Source: an uncultured delta proteobacterium (GTDB lineage: Bacteria > Myxococcota_A > Polyangia > Polyangiales > Polyangiaceae). Taken from it: a stretch of 64,000 nucleotides of DNA. Location of the stretch: contig CAWJCS010000006.1 of the NCBI GenBank assembly GCA_963841435.1, positions 1,472,001 to 1,536,000 of the forward strand, in the 5' to 3' direction. This document shows positions 58,169 to 64,000 of the stretch, one piece after another. A program made the position numbers and the translations under genes. The notes under the pieces were generated by a model. It had not been told where the DNA came from, ran no database searches, and was given only the letters and a program-made list of their open reading frames with translations. Numbering within the stretch: the stretch's first letter is position 1; each line of letters starts with the position of its first letter.

Positions 58169-59626
58169 GTGATCGAACGAGCTGAGGGAGTCATTGTCGC
58201 AGCGCGTTACCGCCTCGTGCGCGAGCTCGGGGTCGGCGGCATGGGCAAAGTCTGGCTCGCTCAGGATCTACTGCTCGACTCGCCGTGCGCGCTGAAGCTC
58301 ATCGACGACGACAAGGCGAAGAGCGAAGAAGTCCGGCTGCGTTTCGCGCGCGAGGCGAAGCTTGCCGCGCAGCTGCGCGGCGCGCACGTCGTGGACGTCT
58401 TCGAGCACGGAGAGTGGGACGGCACGCCGTTCATCGCCATGGAGTTTTTGGACGGGGAGGACCTCGCGACGCGGCTCGAGCGGCGCGGGTACATCGAGCC
58501 ACACGAAACGTATCGCATCGTGGCACACGTCGCGCGCGCCCTCGCTCGTGCGCACGCATACGGCGTCGTGCATCGCGACCTCAAGCCCGAGAACGTCTTC
58601 CTCATCCCCGGCGACGACGGCGAAGTCGCCAAAGTACTGGATTTCGGTATCGCCAAGCACGACGCCTATTCCATCCGCGACAAGGCGACGAAGACCGGAT
58701 CGCTGCTCGGAACGCCGTATTACATGAGCCCCGAGCAGGCTCGCGGCAAGGAAATCGACCACCGGTCCGACCTCTGGTCGCTCGGCGTGATCGCGTTTCA
58801 GTGCCTCACGGGCGCGCCCCCCTTCGAAAGCGAGGCGCTCGGTGAGCTGATGGGCTTGATCCTCTACGAGGAGCTGCCGACGGTCACCGAGCGCAAGCCC
58901 GCGCTTCCGGCCACGCTCGACGACTGGTGGGCGCGAGCTGCTGCACGCGATCGCGACGCTCGTTTCGGTTCGGCCAAGGAGCTCGCCGACTCGCTCGGTG
59001 CCGCACTGGACATCGAGCCGTTGCTCCAAGTGCCCACCGTGTTCCCGACGCGGGCGAGCTTCCCCGAGCTCGAGCGGCTCGCAACTCCCCTTCCCTCCAC
59101 CCGTCAACGGCTCTCCAGCCACCCGTCGCCGACCACGGGCTCCGACGAACGCAGCACCGACGCTCCGCTCTCGCACACGCGGCATTCCGAAATCCCGGAG
59201 TTCTCGAGCTTCAAGGCGGCGCTTTCGAACCCGCCGGGGGCTCGCTTCTTCCGCAAGCTGCAGTCCGCGCGTCGACGCCAGCTCGTGGGCGCGGCGGTCG
59301 TGCTCGGCGTTGGCGCGGGCGTGGGGCTGACCGTGCTCGTCACGAGCGCCGAGCAGCCCCCGCCGCCGGTGCCAGCCGTCGCCGTGCCGTCGCCGCCCCA
59401 CCCCGGGCTGGACAAGACGCCCGTGGTGTTGCCGGGCCCGAGCCTGCCCGTGAGCGTCCCGTCGGCGAGCGCTGCCCCGTCTGCATCGGCAGAACCCTCG
59501 ACCGCGTCTTCCGCGGAAGCCGAGGAGCAGGAAAAGGACTCCTCGTCGAAGTCGTCGTCGAAGTCACGGCGCTCGACGCCGAAACCGCTGTCGACCAAGC
59601 CCCCGCGACGCGACTACGGCATCTGA
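58169..59626 (+). CDS. Hanks-type Ser/Thr protein kinase with TM and Pro/Ser-rich tail
   Basis: LGVGGMGKV, ALK, HRDLKPEN, DFGIAK, GTPYYMSPEQ, DLWSLG. Confidence 0.95.
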   Translation: MIERAEGVIVAARYRLVRELGVGGMGKVWLAQDLLLDSPCALKLIDDDKAKSEEVRLRFAREAKLAAQLRGAHVVDVFEHGEWDGTPFIAMEFLDGEDLATRLERRGYIEPHETYRIVAHVARALARAHAYGVVHRDLKPENVFLIPGDDGEVAKVLDFGIAKHDAYSIRDKATKTGSLLGTPYYMSPEQARGKEIDHRSDLWSLGVIAFQCLTGAPPFESEALGELMGLILYEELPTVTERKPALPATLDDWWARAAARDRDARFGSAKELADSLGAALDIEPLLQVPTVFPTRASFPELERLATPLPSTRQRLSSHPSPTTGSDERSTDAPLSHTRHSEIPEFSSFKAALSNPPGARFFRKLQSARRRQLVGAAVVLGVGAGVGLTVLVTSAEQPPPPVPAVAVPSPPHPGLDKTPVVLPGPSLPVSVPSASAAPSASAEPSTASSAEAEEQEKDSSSKSSSKSRRSTPKPLSTKPPRRDYGI

Positions 59627-60786
59627 CAAGAGATCGCCTGCGCGTACGGGGCGTTGCACACGTTGCCGTCCGTGCAGGTCCGATAGCTCGTCCAGACGTC
59701 GCGGCCCGCGCTGCAACGCTCGATGACGATGTCGCTCCTGCAGCGCAAGTTCCCCAGGCTTCCGCCGCACGTTGGGGCGACGCAAGTGTGATTGAGCTCG
59801 TCGCACAGCGCTGCGGTCGTGCATTGCTGCTGTGGCACGTACTTGCCCGAGACACAGCGTTCGAGCGCCCCGTCGTTGCAACGCACGGCCGCCTCCGGAC
59901 AGGGGCCCGGCACGCAGCCTTCCGGCGTGCAGACGTCCGAGTCTTTGCAGCGCTCGATGCGCTCGAAGCGGGACAAATCGGAGCTGCAGACTTGCCGGTC
60001 CTGACCGGCGCAGCGCTGCTCGCCCGGTGAGCATGCCGGAGGCAGGCAGCGCCCTTCCGTCGCGCTGCACAGCGTGGGGCTTGCGCAAGCCTCGCGCTGA
60101 CTCCAGACGCGGTCGGCGCCACAGAACTCCAAAAACGGGCCGAGATTGGTCGTACAGCGAACGGCGCCGGGCGTGCTGCAGGTCGGCGCGGCGCATTCGT
60201 CGCCGCAAGAGGGGCCAACACAGTGTGCCGGCCGGCCCGCTGCCACGGCTTCGGCGGCCGCGTCGGCGTCGCACAGGTCGGCGCTCCCGCAGTCCTCGAC
60301 GAGCTCGTAACCGTCCTGGTTGTCGCGGCACTGAACGAGCGCGGCGTTGTCGCAATGGAAGCCGCCCGCGGGCGAGCAAATCGGCGTCGCACAGACCCCG
60401 CTCTTGCGATCGGCGGCCACGGTGCACTGGACCGGCGTGGGACAGGTATCGACGGGCTGAAACTGCCCCGCCGCATCGCAGCGCGAAAGCGCCGTGCCGT
60501 TGCAGGCGAACTCGCCTTCGAGGCACGGGCGGCAGGAGCCAGCCGTCGCGTCGCAGGTCGCGGGTGCCTTGCAGGTTTCGACGGGCTCGAAGCCTCGTCG
60601 GTCGTCCGCGCAGACCTCGAGCGTGTCACCGTCGCAGAAGAACGCGTTGGGCTCGCACGCGCTGCCGAGCCCCGAAGGCTTGGGCGGCGACGGATCGAGC
60701 TCGAAGTCGCCGAGCACGACCTGGCAGCCCAACGTCACCGCGGCCGCCACACAGCCGACGACGAACCCGGTTAGGTACAGATGCCC
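59614..60786 (-). CDS. Cys-rich repeat lipoprotein; start uncertain
   Basis: Hydrophobic signal with lipobox TLGC; repeated C..G..(R/F)C.G..L..C units. Confidence 0.7.
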   Translation of the reverse strand, partial: GHLYLTGFVVGCVAAAVTLGCQVVLGDFELDPSPPKPSGLGSACEPNAFFCDGDTLEVCADDRRGFEPVETCKAPATCDATAGSCRPCLEGEFACNGTALSRCDAAGQFQPVDTCPTPVQCTVAADRKSGVCATPICSPAGGFHCDNAALVQCRDNQDGYELVEDCGSADLCDADAAAEAVAAGRPAHCVGPSCGDECAAPTCSTPGAVRCTTNLGPFLEFCGADRVWSQREACASPTLCSATEGRCLPPACSPGEQRCAGQDRQVCSSDLSRFERIERCKDSDVCTPEGCVPGPCPEAAVRCNDGALERCVSGKYVPQQQCTTAALCDELNHTCVAPTCGGSLGNLRCRSDIVIERCSAGRDVWTSYRTCTDGNVCNAPYAQAISCQMP

Positions 60787-63700
60787 GCGGTGCAATATCC
60801 GCTCGTGCAGTCGCCGTCCACGGCGCACTCGGCGCACATGTCCGGGGGACCCGTGAGACAGCCAAAACCACAGGTCGCGGGAGCGCCCCAGCGCGAGTCC
60901 GCCCCGCAAGTCAAGAGATTGCCACTCTGGCAGAGCGTCGCCCCAGGCGTGCAGACGGCGCAGTAATCGGTGTTGCTACTCATCACGTCGATGCAGCCGA
61001 GAGTGCAGGCCACGCCGGCACCCCACTTCTGGTTGGAGCCGCAGGTTTCGAGATTCGCGCCGTTGCAGCGCGCTTCGCCCGCGGTGCAGACGGCGCAGTA
61101 GTCGGCGTTGCCCGTCAGGTCGACGCAGCCGAGCGACGAGCAGGCCACGCCGGCGCCCCACTTCTGGTTGGACCCGCAGGTCTCGAGGCTCGAGCCGTTG
61201 CAGCGCGTTTCGCCTGCGGTGCAGACGGCGCAGTAGTCGGCGTTGCCCGTCAGGTTGACGCAGCCGAGCGACGAGCAGGCCACGCCGGCGCCCCACTTCT
61301 GGTTGGACCCGCAGGTCTCGAGGCTCGAGCCGTTGCAGCGCGTTTCGCCCGCGGTGCAGACGGCGCAGTAGTCGGCGTTGCCCGTCAGGTCGACGCAGCC
61401 GAGCGACGAGCAGGCCACGCCGGCGCCCCACTTCTGGTTGGAGCCGCAGGTTTCGAGGCTCGTGCCGTTGCAGCGCGTTTCGCCCGCGGTGCAGACGGCG
61501 CAGTAGTCGGCGTTGCCCGTCAGGTCGACGCAGCCGAGCGACGAGCAAGCCACGCCGGCGCCCCACTTCTGGTTGGAGCCGCAGGTTTCGAGGCTCGAGC
61601 CGTTGCAGCGCGTTTCGCCCGCGGTGCAGACGGCGCAGTAGTCGGCGTTGCCCGTCAGGTCGACGCAGCCGAGCGACGAGCAGGCCACGCCGGCGCCCCA
61701 CTTCTGATTGGAGCCGCAGGTTTCGAGGCTCGTGCCGTTGCAGCGCGTTTCGCCCGCGGTGCAGACGGCGCAGTAGTCGGCGTTTCCCGACACGTCGACG
61801 CAGCCGAGCGACGAGCAGGCCACGGCGGTGCCCCACTTCTGGTTGGAGCCGCAGGTTTCGAGGCTCGTGCCGTTGCAGCGCGTTTCACCCGTGGTGCAGG
61901 CGGCGCAGTAGTCGGCGTTACCCGTCACGTCGACGCAGCCGGGCGGCGAGCAGGCCACGGCGGTGCCCCACTTCTGGTTGGAGCCGCACGTCTCCAGGCT
62001 ATTGCCGTTGCAGCGCGCTTCCATACCAATGCAAAGAATGCAGTAGTCGGCGTTGCCCGCCGCGTCGTAGCACCCGAGCCCGCAGGCCATGCCGGCACCC
62101 CACTTCTGGTTGGAGCCGCAAGTTTCGAGGCTGGTGCCGTTGCAGCGCGTTTCGCCCGTGGTGCAGACGGAGCAGTAGTCGGCGTTGCCCGTCACGTCGA
62201 CACAGCCGAGCGACGAGCAAGCGACGGCGGCACCCCACTTCTGGTTGGACCCGCAGGTCTCGAGGCTGCTGCCGTTGCAGCGCGCTTCGCCACTCGTGCA
62301 GACCCCGCAGTAGCTGCTGTTCCCGGTGCCGAGGCAGCCGAGCGGGCAGGGCGTCGTGGTGCCCCAGCGCGAATCCGTCCCGCAGGTCTGCAGGCCAGAG
62401 CTCGTGCAGCGAAGGTCAGCTGGGGTGCACACGGCGCAGTAGTCGGCGGTGCCGTAGTCGATGCAGCCGAGAGCGCAGGCCGTCGTGCTCGCCCAGGTCT
62501 TGCGATCCGCCGCGCAAGTCTTGAGGTTCGAGCCCTCGCAGCGCTTCTCGGACCCGACGCTGCACACGGCGCAGTAGTTGCCGTCGTAGTACATGGTGGC
62601 CGGCGTCCCGTTGACGCACGTTCCCATGACGGTGGCGCAGTCGGTCGTGGAGTCCCAGCCGTTGCGGCCGGTTTGGCACGTCTCGAGCTTCGTGCCGGTG
62701 CAGCGCGTGCTACCGAGTGTGCCGCCGCAGACGGGCTGACCGCAGACACCATCCGTGCCGATCCCCCCGGCGCAGGTGTCGTTGAGCCCGCAGGTGCAAA
62801 GCTCGCTCGTCTTGCAGGTTGCCACGCCCGTCCAGACGGGCGCCCCCGTGACGCCGCTGCACCCTTCCCGGGTCGCAATGCTGCACCGATCAGGTGGGTT
62901 CGGGCACTGCGTGACGCACGGCGGACCGTTCACGTCCGTGTTGCACGACTCGGTGGGGGCGCATTCAGTGACCGGGTCGTAGTCGGTGAGGTCGTCCTTG
63001 CATTGGGTGAGGAGCGAGGGGTTCAAATCATCGCAGTGCAGGGCCCCACCGGGCTCGCACGTCGGGGGCAAGCAGCTCCCGTTCGCCGCGATGCAAAGCG
63101 CATCGGAGCGGCACGTTTGCTGGGGTTCCCAGGCCGTCTGTTCCGTGTTGCATTTCTCGAGGACCGGGCCGGTGCACTGGAATGCATCCGGGTAGGGGCA
63201 GCGCGGGATCTCGCAGCCGCCGACGAACAGTCCCGTGTCCGGATCGGGCGCGATGACGCACAGACTCGCGTTGACACACTCTTCGGGCTCGCCCCAGACC
63301 TGCGCGTCGGTGCAATGCTCGAGCGTGGCGCCGTTGCACTGAAGGTCACCGGGGGTACACGGGCCGGTGCAAGCCTGCTGATTGGTGTTGCACTGGTAGG
63401 GGTCCTCGCAGAGCTCAATCTGCTCCCAACCGAGCAAATCGTCCTGACAGCGTTCGAGGGACTGCCCCATGCACCGGTACGAGCCCGCCGGATAGCAGAC
63501 CGGGGGCATGCACTTCCCTCCCCTCGTATCCGCGGCGTTCGGGTCATCCAGCGTCGCCTGACAGAGCTCGACCGAACGGCAGCTGTCCACGGGTGTCCAG
63601 CCGGTTTGATCGGGGGCGCAACGCGAAAGACCGAGGCCATCGACGGGGTCGCAGCGGTACATCCCCGGCGTGGGGCACACCGGTTCCATGCAGGATCGCG

Positions 63701-64000
63701 GCGCATTGTCGGGATCGGCCACGATGGCGTCGGCACTGAGCTGGCAGAGCTCCTTCGTCGTGCAAACGCCGAGCGACGACCAGTGCAGGTCGCCGTTGCA
63801 CTCGAAGAGCTCGTTCTGGTTCGCTCCCGAGCACTGGGGCGGCTCGCTAGGATCGCAGACCTTGCACGAGCGTGAGTTCAGATTGCATTCGTCGGCCGTC
63901 GCGCAGGTCTTGACGGTCATCCACCCCGTGCGTTCGGCGTTGCACGTCTGCAGGTTGACGCCGTCACAGCGGTAGTCGCCCGGACTGCAAACGGTGCACA
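60771..64000 (-). CDS. Large Cys-rich repeat protein (5' end outside the window)
   Basis: Open frame to the window edge; divergent C..G..RC.G..LE.C...W repeats followed by near-identical 45-aa units. Confidence 0.85.
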   Translation of the reverse strand, partial: CTVCSPGDYRCDGVNLQTCNAERTGWMTVKTCATADECNLNSRSCKVCDPSEPPQCSGANQNELFECNGDLHWSSLGVCTTKELCQLSADAIVADPDNAPRSCMEPVCPTPGMYRCDPVDGLGLSRCAPDQTGWTPVDSCRSVELCQATLDDPNAADTRGGKCMPPVCYPAGSYRCMGQSLERCQDDLLGWEQIELCEDPYQCNTNQQACTGPCTPGDLQCNGATLEHCTDAQVWGEPEECVNASLCVIAPDPDTGLFVGGCEIPRCPYPDAFQCTGPVLEKCNTEQTAWEPQQTCRSDALCIAANGSCLPPTCEPGGALHCDDLNPSLLTQCKDDLTDYDPVTECAPTESCNTDVNGPPCVTQCPNPPDRCSIATREGCSGVTGAPVWTGVATCKTSELCTCGLNDTCAGGIGTDGVCGQPVCGGTLGSTRCTGTKLETCQTGRNGWDSTTDCATVMGTCVNGTPATMYYDGNYCAVCSVGSEKRCEGSNLKTCAADRKTWASTTACALGCIDYGTADYCAVCTPADLRCTSSGLQTCGTDSRWGTTTPCPLGCLGTGNSSYCGVCTSGEARCNGSSLETCGSNQKWGAAVACSSLGCVDVTGNADYCSVCTTGETRCNGTSLETCGSNQKWGAGMACGLGCYDAAGNADYCILCIGMEARCNGNSLETCGSNQKWGTAVACSPPGCVDVTGNADYCAACTTGETRCNGTSLETCGSNQKWGTAVACSSLGCVDVSGNADYCAVCTAGETRCNGTSLETCGSNQKWGAGVACSSLGCVDLTGNADYCAVCTAGETRCNGSSLETCGSNQKWGAGVACSSLGCVDLTGNADYCAVCTAGETRCNGTSLETCGSNQKWGAGVACSSLGCVDLTGNADYCAVCTAGETRCNGSSLETCGSNQKWGAGVACSSLGCVNLTGNADYCAVCTAGETRCNGSSLETCGSNQKWGAGVACSSLGCVDLTGNADYCAVCTAGEARCNGANLETCGSNQKWGAGVACTLGCIDVMSSNTDYCAVCTPGATLCQSGNLLTCGADSRWGAPATCGFGCLTGPPDMCAECAVDGDCTSGYCTAGICT
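60961..62310 (-). repeat. 135-bp coding tandem repeat, about 10 units
   Basis: CAGTAG anchor recurs at 61096, 61231, 61366, 61501, 61636, 61771, 61906, 62041, 62173, 62308; unit YCAVCTAGETRCNG(T/S)SLETCGSNQKWGAGVACSSLGCVDLTGNAD. Confidence 0.95.

Noticed and set aside
60961-62310. Tandem array as a possible CRISPR or DGR template
   Set aside because: Units are contiguous, in frame and lack unique spacers; no cas or reverse transcriptase gene seen
59832-63875. 1347-aa + strand ORF
   Set aside because: Antisense shadow of the Cys-rich repeat genes; Ala/Arg/Gly-rich with no motifs

Overview
Very GC-rich chromosomal window. Gene content (sigma54 regulator, Ser/Thr kinase, Cys/Gly-rich lipoproteins, ATPase-TPR protein) suggests a myxobacterium, probably Polyangiaceae-like; that placement is inference. 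Housekeeping blocks: glmM-folC-accD, dut, bamD, greA, yfgM-bamB, rlmI-like, pyrE, tRNA-Gln/tRNA-Glu, lon, hisBHA, pgsA, epmA, bolA-grxD-surE-apt, hemH. Stand-out signals: (1) a 28-bp XerCD dif site at 16597-16624 with KOPS-like octamers converging on it, so this is probably the replication terminus; (2) a ~15-kb cluster of polyprenyl-phosphate-sugar-dependent (GT-C-type) membrane glycosyltransferases, including PIG-B/Alg9-like and TMTC-like enzymes, with two donor synthases nearby and a Gly/Thr/Ser-only lipoprotein at its edge, a candidate eukaryote-like protein/lipid mannosylation system; (3) a Bd0055-type bacterial histone gene convergent with the tRNA pair; (4) a Lon paralogue whose catalytic Lys is Gln; (5) an orphan FliQ/SctS gene, an EpmA with an extra N-terminal domain, a structured intergenic element and a 135-bp tandem Cys-rich repeat protein. 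Many small frameshifts, including one in pyrE, probably reflect assembly errors. All calls come from motif recognition by eye; no searches were run.
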